DNA of 64,000 nucleotides, taken from Candidatus Pollutiaquabacter aromativorans (lineage in GTDB: Bacteria > Bacteroidota > Bacteroidia > AKYH767-A > 2013-40CM-41-45). The stretch spans positions 1,192,150-1,256,149 of the forward strand of contig CP185379.1 in the NCBI GenBank assembly GCA_049177215.1, given 5' to 3'. Position numbers and translations under genes: made by a program. The notes below the pieces were generated by a model that saw only the letters and a list, made by a program, of their open reading frames with translations, was not told the origin of the DNA and made no database searches. Within the stretch, counting starts at the first letter, position 1. Each line of letters begins with the position of its first letter. Positions 39,733-48,728 of this stretch are shown here, in pieces.

Positions 39733-40348
39733 GGAACTTTTTGAGAGTTATTTGCAGGGGGTGTTTGAGAATGGGGATTGGGACACGAAAACCATTGAAC
39801 TGGTATGTGATGAAATATTTGCAGGTGGTGATGCGCCCCAAAACAATTTTTCATTGGAGTCCAATAAAAAACATAATATTCCTATATACGCAAATGCTGT
39901 AAAAGATAGAGGTCTGTACGGCTATACTGACTTTGCAAGAGTTAACAAGCCTTGTGTGACAATAGCAGCAAGGGGGAGTGGTACAGGGCACACGGAATTA
40001 AGGAATGAACCATTTTTGCCTATTGTAAGGCTCATTGTATGTATTCCAAACTGCAAAATAATCACAGCCGAATTCCTCAAATACACGATAGATAATTTAG
40101 TGATTCAGCGCAGCGGTAGTGCGATTCCACAACTAACTGTTCCGATGATAAAGGACTATATTATACCAGTTCCACTTATTGAAGAGCAAAAACAGATTAT
40201 TGAAAAGGCAGAAGCACTTAAAGAACAAAAAGCAAGACTCGAAAATGTATATCAAAAGAAGTTGGAAGACTTGGAGGAGTTGAAGAAGGCCATCCTTCAA
40301 AAGGCATTTGCTGGGGAGTTGAAAACAGGAAAACCGGTTGCGGCATGA
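39704..40348 (+). CDS. hsdS: Type I R-M specificity subunit S, C-terminal target-recognition-domain half (different frame, overlaps previous ORF by 29 nt)
   Basis: Continues the conserved central/C-terminal regions (NLKNAKELFESYLQ ... EEQKQIIEKAEALKEQKARLENVYQKKLEDLEELKKAILQKAF). Together the two ORFs make a normal two-TRD HsdS. Confidence 0.7.
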   Translation: MPKKNLKNAKELFESYLQGVFENGDWDTKTIELVCDEIFAGGDAPQNNFSLESNKKHNIPIYANAVKDRGLYGYTDFARVNKPCVTIAARGSGTGHTELRNEPFLPIVRLIVCIPNCKIITAEFLKYTIDNLVIQRSGSAIPQLTVPMIKDYIIPVPLIEEQKQIIEKAEALKEQKARLENVYQKKLEDLEELKKAILQKAFAGELKTGKPVAA

Positions 40349-41235
40349 GTTGGAACGAAAAAAGCATGTTAAATGAGCCATCCGGAGAATGGGGTGGTCC
40401 CTGGACTGAAAAAAAGCTTGAAGCTTTTTCAAAATATGTGTGGTCTTACCTAACCATTATGAAGAAGTTCCCTTTTTGGAAAACCATCTACTTTGATGGC
40501 TTTGCGGGAAGCGGAACAAGGGATAAGCGGGCGAATGCTCATTTGATGCAACAACTAAAAATCACAGACGAAGAAGAAGAAACTTATAAAGGTGCTGCCG
40601 AAAGGGTTTTAGGTTTGCAAGAATTGGGGTTTGACTTTTACTATTTTATTGACAAAAACGACACTTCGCTGAATAAATTGAAAACAAAACTGGGTGATAG
40701 ATTTAAAGATAAAACGATTGTTTACCGGTCAGGAGATGCGAACGTTCAAATAGCCGAGCTTGCAAAAGCCTTGCGAACCAAAGATTACGCAGCATTGGTT
40801 TTTCTTGACCCTTTCGGCATGCAAATAGATTGGAATTCCATAGAAGAATTAAAAGATACACGTTCTGATGTATGGATTTTAGTTCCAACGGGCGTTATTG
40901 TAAATCGTCTATTGGACAGAGCAGGAAAATTGGAGTTTAGCGATAAACTCCAATCATTTTTCGGCTTGCCAATTGAAGAAATCAAAACACATTTCTACGA
41001 AGAAAAAAAAGTGCAGACACTTTTCGGAGTAGAAGAAATCATCACAAAGGTTTCTCGACCTATTGAGAAAATTTCAAGTTTGTATGCCGAACGAATGAAA
41101 ACTATCTGGAAGCACGTTACGGATGAACCACTAGTATTGAAGAACCGAAACGGCTCACCTATATTTCATTTCGTATTTGCATCAAATAATCAGAATGCAA
41201 AAAAGATTGCTAAACAAATTATTCATAACATTTAA
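40345..41235 (+). CDS. TcmP-like (three-Cys-motif partner protein) family protein; unknown function
   Basis: 296 aa. N-terminal W..KKLEAF.KYV..Y, glycine-rich YFDGFAGSG and VFLDPFG motifs as remembered for the TcmP family (TIGR04474). Start overlaps the hsdS stop by 4 nt and it is followed 3 nt later by a Gp37/Gp68 gene. Family assignment is from memory, not a search. Confidence 0.55.
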   Translation: MSWNEKSMLNEPSGEWGGPWTEKKLEAFSKYVWSYLTIMKKFPFWKTIYFDGFAGSGTRDKRANAHLMQQLKITDEEEETYKGAAERVLGLQELGFDFYYFIDKNDTSLNKLKTKLGDRFKDKTIVYRSGDANVQIAELAKALRTKDYAALVFLDPFGMQIDWNSIEELKDTRSDVWILVPTGVIVNRLLDRAGKLEFSDKLQSFFGLPIEEIKTHFYEEKKVQTLFGVEEIITKVSRPIEKISSLYAERMKTIWKHVTDEPLVLKNRNGSPIFHFVFASNNQNAKKIAKQIIHNI

Positions 41236-41238
41236 CCT

Positions 41239-41964
41239 ATGGCACAATCAAGTATAGAATGGACTGAAATGACTTGGAATCCAACAACGGGTTGCGATAA
41301 AATTTCGGCAGGTTGCAAATTCTGTTATGCGGAAGTAATGGCAAGGCGATTAAAAGCAATGGGCGTTGAAAAATATGCCAATGGCTTTGAGTTGGCTATT
41401 CACGAAGATGAATTGCAAACACCTTACACTTGGAAAAAATCGAAAATGGTATTTGTAAATTCAATGAGCGACTTATTTCATAAAGACGTGCCCGTTGAAT
41501 TTATTCAAAAGGTATTCAGAGTAATGAAAGAAAATCCGCAACACGTTTTTCAAATTTTGACCAAACGGGCTGATTTGCTTTTATATTATGATAAAGAAGG
41601 ATTGTTGGAATGGGCGCACAACATCTGGATGGGTGTTTCGGTAGAAAGCGAAAAAGTGATGAACCGGATTGACCTTTTGCGTCAAACCAATGCAAGAGTA
41701 AAATTTTTAAGTTGCGAGCCGTTAATAAGCCCTCTGCCAAATTTGAATTTAAAAGGCATTGATTGGGTAATAGTAGGCGGTGAAAGCGGAAGAACGCCAA
41801 GACCCATGAAAAAGGAATGGGTAATGGAAATTAAAGAACAATGTAGGAAAAAAGATGTAGCGTTTTTCTTTAAGCAATGGGGCGGAACGAACAAAAAGAA
41901 AACAGGCAATCTGCTTAACGGCAAAAAATATTTAGAAATGCCAGAAATAGTTGAATCGAAATGA
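41239..41964 (+). CDS. phage protein Gp37/Gp68 family (DUF5131), three-Cys-motif radical-SAM-like protein
   Basis: IEWTEMTWNPTTGCDKISAGCKFCYAE carries the family-defining N-terminal Cys triad (C-x6-C-x2-C). 241 aa. Stop overlaps the hsdR start (ATGA). Confidence 0.75.
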   Translation: MAQSSIEWTEMTWNPTTGCDKISAGCKFCYAEVMARRLKAMGVEKYANGFELAIHEDELQTPYTWKKSKMVFVNSMSDLFHKDVPVEFIQKVFRVMKENPQHVFQILTKRADLLLYYDKEGLLEWAHNIWMGVSVESEKVMNRIDLLRQTNARVKFLSCEPLISPLPNLNLKGIDWVIVGGESGRTPRPMKKEWVMEIKEQCRKKDVAFFFKQWGGTNKKKTGNLLNGKKYLEMPEIVESK

Positions 41965-44312
41965 ACGAGGCAGAAACACGCGCTGAACTAATCGACCCCA
42001 AGCTCAAGGCTTGCGGCTGGGGCGTGGTGGAAGGCTCCAAAATCCTGCGAGAGTATAAAATCACCGCGGGGAGGATTCAGGCTGGCGGAAGAGGCAAGCG
42101 TGATATTGCAGATTATGTGCTGGTCTATAAAGGCATCAAGCTGGCGGTAGTGGAAGCGAAAAGCGCTTCGGTGGAAGTGGGTGAGGGTGTGATGCAAGCC
42201 AAGAAGTACGCGGAGAAACTGCAAACCGGCACCACGTACAGCACCAACGGGAAGGAAATCTACCAGATTTGCATGGAGACCGGCGCTGAGGGCTTGGTGC
42301 CGGAGTTCCTCAGCCCCGACCAGCTATGGAACAAGACTTTTTCGCCGGCCGGTGCCGAACCGATAGCTACCGCCCAATGGCGCGAGCGATTCACCAATGT
42401 TCCTTTTGAAGACAAAGGAGGCAGCTGGCAGCTTCGCTACTATCAGGAAATCGCCGTGCAACGCGCCATTGAGGCCATTGCACAAAACAAAAACCGAATC
42501 CTGCTCACCCTTGCCACGGGAACAGGCAAAACGGCTATCGCCTTCCAAATCGCCTGGAAGCTATACCAAACCCGCTGGAACCTGAGACGGGATGGCAGCC
42601 GCAGACCGCGCATCCTGTTCCTGGCCGACCGCAACATCCTCGCCGATCAGGCCTACAACGCCTTTTCGGCGTTTCCGGAAGATGCGCTGGTGCGCATTAA
42701 GCCGAATGAGATTAGGAAAAAGGGCAAAGTGCCGACCAATGGCAGCGTCTTCTTCACCATCTTCCAGACCTTCATGAGCGGGCAGGATGCAGCGGGTAAG
42801 CCCACCCCATATTTCGGAGAGTACCCACCGGACTACTTCGATTTCATCATCATTGACGAGTGCCACCGCGGCGGAGCAAACGATGAAAGCAACTGGCGCG
42901 GGATTCTGGAGTATTTCAGTCCGGCGGTACAGTTGGGTCTGACCGCAACCCCCAAGCGACAGGACAACGTGGATACGTATGCTTACTTCGGCGAACCGGT
43001 GTACGTGTATTCGCTCAAAGAGGGCATCAACGACGGCTTCCTCACCCCGTTCAAAGTAAAACGCATCCAGACGACCCTCGACGACTACCGCTATACGTCC
43101 GACGATACCGTGGTAGAGGGCGAAATCGAGGAGGGTAAATTGTACGAGGAGAAGGACTTCAACCGCACCATTGAGATCGTGGAACGGGAGGCCAAGCGGG
43201 TGAATGTGTTTCTTTCAGAGGCAAACCAACACGAAAAAGCAATAATCTTCTGTGCTAACCAAGGGCACGCCGCCTTGATACGGGATTTAGTAAATCAGCA
43301 CGCTAAGCACAAAGACCCCTTTTACTGCGTACGAGTGACTGCCAATGACGGGGAGGAAGGGGAGCGCCTGCTGCGGGAGTTTCAGGACAATGAAAAGACG
43401 TTGCCGACGATTCTGACCACCTCGCAAAAACTCTCCACCGGGGTTGATGCACGGAACATTCGAAACATCGTCCTGCTGCGCCCCGTCAACTCGATGATCG
43501 AGTTCAAGCAAATCGTCGGCCGGGGTACCCGCCTGTTCGATGGGAAGGAGTTTTTCACCATCTACGATTTTGTCGATGCCTACCGCCACTTTTCCGATCC
43601 CGAATGGGATGGGGAACCGGAGGGCGAAGTGGACAAGGTCGTCAGCGATCACGGTCAAGAGAAATACGATCCAAGAGCTCCCCGTGAGCCTGAGGAAGCA
43701 GGAGATCCCAAGGAACCTCGGCGGAAAGTAAAGGTTAAGCTACGAGACGGTAAAGCGCGGGAGATACAGCACATGGTGTCCACCTCGTTTTGGAGTGCGG
43801 ACGGAAGGCCGATCTCTGCACAAGAATTCCTGAGCAATCTGTTCGGAGAACTGCCGAAACTTTTCAAAGACGAAGAGGAACTGCGAAAGCTGTGGAGCAA
43901 TCCATTGACCCGCCGTACGCTGCTTGAAAAGCTGGAAGAGGCCGGTTTCCCCAAGGCAGACCTGCTCACCTTGCAGCAGTTGGTCGATATGGAAAAGAGC
44001 GACCTGTATGATGTGTTGGAATATGTTTTCAATGGCGACTATATCGCCATGACAAGAGAAGCCAGAGCCAAAGCAGCCGAAGCGACCATTTTTGCCCTGC
44101 TCAACGACAAGCAAAAGGAGTTCATTGCATTTGTGCTCAGTAAATACATTGAAACCGGCGTGGATGAGCTTGACCAGGATAAGCTGCCTATCCTGTTGAC
44201 GAACAAATATCAGTCACTGGAAGACGCTAAAGCGGTCTTGGGGGATGTGGCGAATATCAGTCGGTTGTTTGTGGAGTTTCAGGAGCATCTTTATAAGCAG
44301 CGGGTTGCGTAA
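41961..44312 (+). CDS. hsdR: Type I restriction enzyme R subunit (EcoEI-like, 783 aa)
   Basis: HsdR_N PD-(D/E)xK domain (DIADYVLVYKGIKLAVVEAK), SF2 helicase motifs (LATGTGKT, DECHRG, later motifs) and an EcoEI-R-type C-terminal domain. Confidence 0.9.
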   Translation: MNEAETRAELIDPKLKACGWGVVEGSKILREYKITAGRIQAGGRGKRDIADYVLVYKGIKLAVVEAKSASVEVGEGVMQAKKYAEKLQTGTTYSTNGKEIYQICMETGAEGLVPEFLSPDQLWNKTFSPAGAEPIATAQWRERFTNVPFEDKGGSWQLRYYQEIAVQRAIEAIAQNKNRILLTLATGTGKTAIAFQIAWKLYQTRWNLRRDGSRRPRILFLADRNILADQAYNAFSAFPEDALVRIKPNEIRKKGKVPTNGSVFFTIFQTFMSGQDAAGKPTPYFGEYPPDYFDFIIIDECHRGGANDESNWRGILEYFSPAVQLGLTATPKRQDNVDTYAYFGEPVYVYSLKEGINDGFLTPFKVKRIQTTLDDYRYTSDDTVVEGEIEEGKLYEEKDFNRTIEIVEREAKRVNVFLSEANQHEKAIIFCANQGHAALIRDLVNQHAKHKDPFYCVRVTANDGEEGERLLREFQDNEKTLPTILTTSQKLSTGVDARNIRNIVLLRPVNSMIEFKQIVGRGTRLFDGKEFFTIYDFVDAYRHFSDPEWDGEPEGEVDKVVSDHGQEKYDPRAPREPEEAGDPKEPRRKVKVKLRDGKAREIQHMVSTSFWSADGRPISAQEFLSNLFGELPKLFKDEEELRKLWSNPLTRRTLLEKLEEAGFPKADLLTLQQLVDMEKSDLYDVLEYVFNGDYIAMTREARAKAAEATIFALLNDKQKEFIAFVLSKYIETGVDELDQDKLPILLTNKYQSLEDAKAVLGDVANISRLFVEFQEHLYKQRVA

Positions 44313-44362
44313 TTAGGTAATTAAAATTCTCAGTTATTTAACCATATTGCTCAGTCTGGCTA

Positions 44363-45118
44363 ATGAAAAATCTTACAGTAAGTAGTTTCGACGAAATAAT
44401 TAATATATTGACTAACGATAAATATGGTTGTGGCCATGTTGTTTATCGTGGAGTTTCTGATTCTAAGAAACATGACTTAAGACCGTCTGTTGGAAGGATA
44501 GATCCCTCATTGTTAAAGGGCAAAGATCTTCAAGAGTTGGAGCGTGAGATGCTAACCCGTTTTAAATTGAGAGCAAACTTTGAAATTAGTCCGCAACCTA
44601 AGGATGATTGGGAGTGGTTGGCTTTAGCTCAACATCACGGCCTGCCAACAAGACTTCTTGACTGGACATTTAGTCCATTAATTGCAATCTACTTTGCATG
44701 TAAACCCATTCTCAATGACAATGGTTTATTTGATAGTTCTAACAGTGACGCAAGAGCTGTTTACGCACTACATACATGTTCGTACCTAGACACCAGTTGC
44801 TTAGATCCATTTTCAGTTAGTGAATGCTGCTTATTTTACCCCCCTCACATCACAAAGCGTATATCTGGTCAGTTTGGTCTATTCTCTGTTCAGCCAGACC
44901 CCATGACAGCATTCGATTCTCAGTTAGAGGAGTCGGATGAAAACTGGGTAGATAAGATTGAAATTCCACTGGACCTAGCTATTGAAGCTCAAAAGAAGCT
45001 GTTTCTTTTGGGAATAAGGCATGAAACTATTTTTCCAGATTTGGAAGGCTACACATATGACCTAAGAGTAAAGTTCAATATTGCTTCATGTCATACTTTG
45101 AAAAATCTTTGCTTGTAG
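44363..45118 (+). CDS. FRG-domain protein
   Basis: VVYRGVSDSKKHDLRPSVGR and WEWLALAQHHGLPTRLLDWTFSPLIAIYFA match the FRG-domain signature. 251 aa. Confidence 0.65.
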   Translation: MKNLTVSSFDEIINILTNDKYGCGHVVYRGVSDSKKHDLRPSVGRIDPSLLKGKDLQELEREMLTRFKLRANFEISPQPKDDWEWLALAQHHGLPTRLLDWTFSPLIAIYFACKPILNDNGLFDSSNSDARAVYALHTCSYLDTSCLDPFSVSECCLFYPPHITKRISGQFGLFSVQPDPMTAFDSQLEESDENWVDKIEIPLDLAIEAQKKLFLLGIRHETIFPDLEGYTYDLRVKFNIASCHTLKNLCL

Positions 45119-45277
45119 TGTCCTTTTAAAGGCCCAATTGGTTCTCCGACATGATGAATTTCACAAATGGGCGCAGCAGATTCTAATTTAACTCGGTGAA
45201 TTGGCAGGAAAATATTTGGGCTAAACTCTTTGGGTATTTATAAAAACTATATATTAGTCATCAAACCTAACGTCTTT

Positions 45278-46990
45278 ATGAAAACTAAAGTTCTACTTTC
45301 CTTGCTGATTTGTATCAGCATCTCGGTGTCGGCATTATCTCAAGCAACCCCCTCTTATGTGCCAACCAACGGATTGGTCGGCTGGTGGCCTTTTAATGGG
45401 AATGCAGATGATGCGAGTGGGAATGGGAATAACGGGACATTTTCTAACGGCAGTTATGTGCCTAGTATATGGGACATGGCCGCTGAATTTAATGGTAATA
45501 GTTCACTGATAACTATACCAAGCAGCAGTAGCTTTGATACTGATTCATTTACCTTTTCTTTAAGAGTGAATTTGTCTTCACACTTAGGGCACAATGAAAT
45601 TCAGTTTGGTATTCCAGGTGATTCGCTGAGATGGTCTATTGGTTGGGATCCTAATCAGTTATATCTATTACCGATGACCTGTGCAGGAACTTATGGGACA
45701 GGGCAAAATTATCCTCAAGTACCTATAAATGTCGGAACCTGGTATCATATGGTGTTTGTTAATCATGGAATTTATACTGATTATTATTTGGATGGGGTGT
45801 TTTTGGGAACATCCGATATGACAACCCCTTTGAATTGTTGGAGCCCCAGTATGAACCTATACCTGGGCGGAGACATTGGCGGGGGGGCCATCGAGTATTT
45901 TGCTGGTCTAATGGATGAATGCGGATTTTGGAACCGTGCCCTCACCCAACAGGAAATCACAAATCTTTATAATGCCACAACTTCTCCTCCTTGCAACCCG
46001 CTGCCAATTAATTTAATGAATGGACTTGTGGGCTACTGGCCTTTTTGTGGGAATGCGAATGATGAGTCAGGTAATGGAAACAATGGAACCGTAAATGGAG
46101 CAACCATGGCGGCTGATAGGTTTAGCAATGCAGGTAATGCGTTTTCATGGAACACTTCTCCGGATAAAATAGTGGTGCCTAATAGCAATAGCCTACAACT
46201 TACTTCAGCTTTCTCGGTTGGTCTCTGGTTGAAGCCAATTAATAATACTTACGGAACCGGCCCCAATTATCATGCAATAGTAGAGAAGTGGGGGGCAGCT
46301 AACGACGCATCTTATCTATTTGAGCTATTTACTAATGGTATCCCAGCATTCCGAACTCATAATTCTGGAAGTGATGCGGTGATTCAAGCAAGACAAGCGG
46401 TTCCTTTTGATGTTTGGACACACCTTCTTTATACTCAAAATGCAGATACCGGGAGACTATATGTGAATGGCCTTTTGGATACTGTTGTAATGGGAATGAT
46501 AACCCCCATGGTTATGAATAATGACCTGCTATTTGGAAGTAATGATGCTTACAATGTTGGTTCTTCCGGGGATGCATACGAAGGATTAATAGATGATATC
46601 GGTATTTGGAATCGGGTGCTCAGCCAGTCTGAAGTCAACCAAGTATATAACCAAAATATCTGCTTTCAAACCATCACCGTTACCGACACCCTGCTTATCA
46701 ATGTAAATATAACTAACCTGAATCCGGTCACTTATCAGAATACAATCAAGGTCTTCCCGAATCCGACCAATGACCATATCACGGTCGACTTCGGGCCGAA
46801 CTACGCGTCGTTGACGGGTTACAGCTTGCGCATCGACAACACCCTTGGACAGACGATGTTTACCTCCCCTGTGCAGCAGCAATCTGCCTATATCGACCTA
46901 AACACCTGGACAGGTGTGGGGGTCTATTTTGTCTATCTACTGGACGCTCAGGGCCATACCGTGGATGTGAGGAAAATTGTATTGCAGTAG
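45278..46990 (+). CDS. T9SS cargo protein with two LamG/concanavalin-A-like lectin domains and a type-A C-terminal sorting domain
   Basis: Signal peptide MKTKVLLSLLICISISVSALSQA. Duplicated LVGWWPFNGNADDASGNGNNGT / LVGYWPFCGNANDESGNGNNGT LamG hallmarks. C-terminal IKVFPNPTNDHITVDF...GVYFVYLLDAQGHTVDVRKIVLQ. Confidence 0.7.
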   Translation: MKTKVLLSLLICISISVSALSQATPSYVPTNGLVGWWPFNGNADDASGNGNNGTFSNGSYVPSIWDMAAEFNGNSSLITIPSSSSFDTDSFTFSLRVNLSSHLGHNEIQFGIPGDSLRWSIGWDPNQLYLLPMTCAGTYGTGQNYPQVPINVGTWYHMVFVNHGIYTDYYLDGVFLGTSDMTTPLNCWSPSMNLYLGGDIGGGAIEYFAGLMDECGFWNRALTQQEITNLYNATTSPPCNPLPINLMNGLVGYWPFCGNANDESGNGNNGTVNGATMAADRFSNAGNAFSWNTSPDKIVVPNSNSLQLTSAFSVGLWLKPINNTYGTGPNYHAIVEKWGAANDASYLFELFTNGIPAFRTHNSGSDAVIQARQAVPFDVWTHLLYTQNADTGRLYVNGLLDTVVMGMITPMVMNNDLLFGSNDAYNVGSSGDAYEGLIDDIGIWNRVLSQSEVNQVYNQNICFQTITVTDTLLINVNITNLNPVTYQNTIKVFPNPTNDHITVDFGPNYASLTGYSLRIDNTLGQTMFTSPVQQQSAYIDLNTWTGVGVYFVYLLDAQGHTVDVRKIVLQ

Positions 46991-47011
46991 ACGGAGATAA
47001 AAGGTTGGAGG

Positions 47012-47048
47012 TAAGGGGGCTTGCTTGGGTGAAGCCCCCTTTTTTATT
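47012..47048 (+). terminator. rho-independent terminator after the LamG cargo gene
   Basis: agggggctt-gcttgggtg-aagccccct hairpin followed by TTTTTTAT. Confidence 0.6.
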
Positions 47049-47310
47049 GCCCCTTGTATGATTACAATTAGGGCTGTTCTAAACAAGCTTAAACATAACC
47101 TCCGGAATTTCAGCCTTTGAGGGCCATAAAAACCTTCTTTGCCTAAGATCCATATCATCCTAGATTTCCGGGAATTTATAGGCCGATACCTGTGAAGCAA
47201 GTCAAGTTCGTTGCAACAGCCTTGTCTTCCAACGCGCTTTGGGTATTCAAAAGAGCCTCGAAAAACCCCCGAAATCACTATCTTTACGGCCATTCTAAAG
47301 GAGACGAACA

Positions 47311-48717
47311 TTGGCACTTATAAAATCCATTTCAGGTATTCGGGGTACGATCGGCGGGAAACCGGGCGACGGATTGACGCCTCCGGATATCGTCCGTTTT
47401 ACCGCCGCTTTTGGAACCTGGGTGACACGCCAGGGGATCAGCAACAAGCGTCCGGTCATCGCCCTCGGGCGGGATGCCCGGATCTCGGGGGAGATGGTAC
47501 AGAATCTGGTGGCCGGCACCCTGAAGGGGCTGGGCATCGATGTGATCTACATGGGGCTTTGTACCACGCCGGGCGTTGAGATGGCCGTAGTGGACCTCAA
47601 AGCTGACGCGGGTATCATCCTCACCGCCAGCCATAATCCGAAACAGTGGAACGCCCTCAAGTTGCTCAACCGGAAAGGCGAGTTCATCTCCGCCGCCGAT
47701 GGAGCCGAGGTGCTGCGCATTGCCGACGCGGGTGAATTTTCCTTCGCCGAAGTCAACAAGCTGGGTCGTTATACGACCGAACCCAACTACCACCTCAAGC
47801 ATATCGAGAAGATACTGGCGCTTCCGCTGGTCGATGTTAAGGCCATCAAAGCCAGGAAGTTCAAGGTAGTGATCGATTGCGTCAATTCGGTGGGCGGCAT
47901 CGCCGTTCCGGCCCTGCTCAAGGCGCTGGGCGTTGAGGAGACGATCGAGCTGTACTGTGAACCCAACGGCCAGTTCCCGCACAATCCGGAGCCGCTGCCG
48001 GAGCATCTGGGCGATATCTCCAAGGAGGTCCGCAAGCGGAATGCCCACCTGGGTATCGTGGTGGATCCCGACGTAGACCGCCTGGCACTGGTCTGTGAAG
48101 ACGGAGAGATGTTCGGGGAAGAATATACCCTGGTTGCTGTGGCCGATTACGTGCTACGCAGCCAAAAGGGCAATACGGTATCCAACCTGTCGTCGACCCG
48201 CGCGCTGCGCGACGTGACCGAAAAAGCCGGCGGGCACTACTTTGCCGCAGCCGTAGGCGAGGTGAACGTGGTGGAAGCGATGAAGGAACACAAGGCCGTG
48301 ATCGGCGGGGAAGGCAACGGCGGGATCATTTACCCGGAGTTGCACTACGGCCGCGACGCGCTGGTGGGCATCGCCCTATTCCTGAGCCACCTGGCAAAGT
48401 TCGGCAAGAGCGCTTCGCTGCTGCGGGCGACCTATCCGAACTATTACATCTCCAAGAACAAGATCGAACTGACGGCCGAGATCGATGTCGACGGCATCCT
48501 GAGCGGCATCCAGACCAAATACAAGAAACAACCGATCAACACCATCGACGGTGTGAAGATCGAGTTCGACCGCGAATGGGTCCACCTGCGCAAGTCGAAC
48601 ACCGAACCGATCATCCGCATCTACGCAGAGAGCCAGTCGCAGACCACCGCGCAGAACCTGGCCGAGAAGATCATCCACGACATCAAAGACATGATCAGCG
48701 AGAAGCATAGCCGCTGA
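47311..48717 (+). CDS. glmM: phosphoglucosamine mutase / phosphohexomutase
   Basis: Active-site TASHNP (ILTASHNPKQWNALK), metal-binding DPDVDR and the sugar-binding GGEGNGG loop. Confidence 0.8.
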   Translation: MALIKSISGIRGTIGGKPGDGLTPPDIVRFTAAFGTWVTRQGISNKRPVIALGRDARISGEMVQNLVAGTLKGLGIDVIYMGLCTTPGVEMAVVDLKADAGIILTASHNPKQWNALKLLNRKGEFISAADGAEVLRIADAGEFSFAEVNKLGRYTTEPNYHLKHIEKILALPLVDVKAIKARKFKVVIDCVNSVGGIAVPALLKALGVEETIELYCEPNGQFPHNPEPLPEHLGDISKEVRKRNAHLGIVVDPDVDRLALVCEDGEMFGEEYTLVAVADYVLRSQKGNTVSNLSSTRALRDVTEKAGGHYFAAAVGEVNVVEAMKEHKAVIGGEGNGGIIYPELHYGRDALVGIALFLSHLAKFGKSASLLRATYPNYYISKNKIELTAEIDVDGILSGIQTKYKKQPINTIDGVKIEFDREWVHLRKSNTEPIIRIYAESQSQTTAQNLAEKIIHDIKDMISEKHSR

Positions 48718-48728
48718 TTTAGCACCGC

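Larger units (their letters stand above)
35660..47300. other. putative genomic (defence) island inserted 3' of tRNA-Arg: AT-rich relative to flanks, no integrase or transposase and no detectable direct repeat
   Basis: Base composition drops visibly from the tRNA-Arg 3' end to just upstream of glmM (47311). The segment carries an SBBP-repeat T9SS cargo, the Type I R-M operon with embedded TcmP/DUF5131, an FRG-domain gene and a LamG T9SS cargo. hsdM and hsdR are GC-richer than the rest. Confidence 0.5.

Noticed and set aside
47332-48048. 238-aa minus-strand ORF
   Set aside because: Antisense to glmM (TASHNP active site on the + strand).
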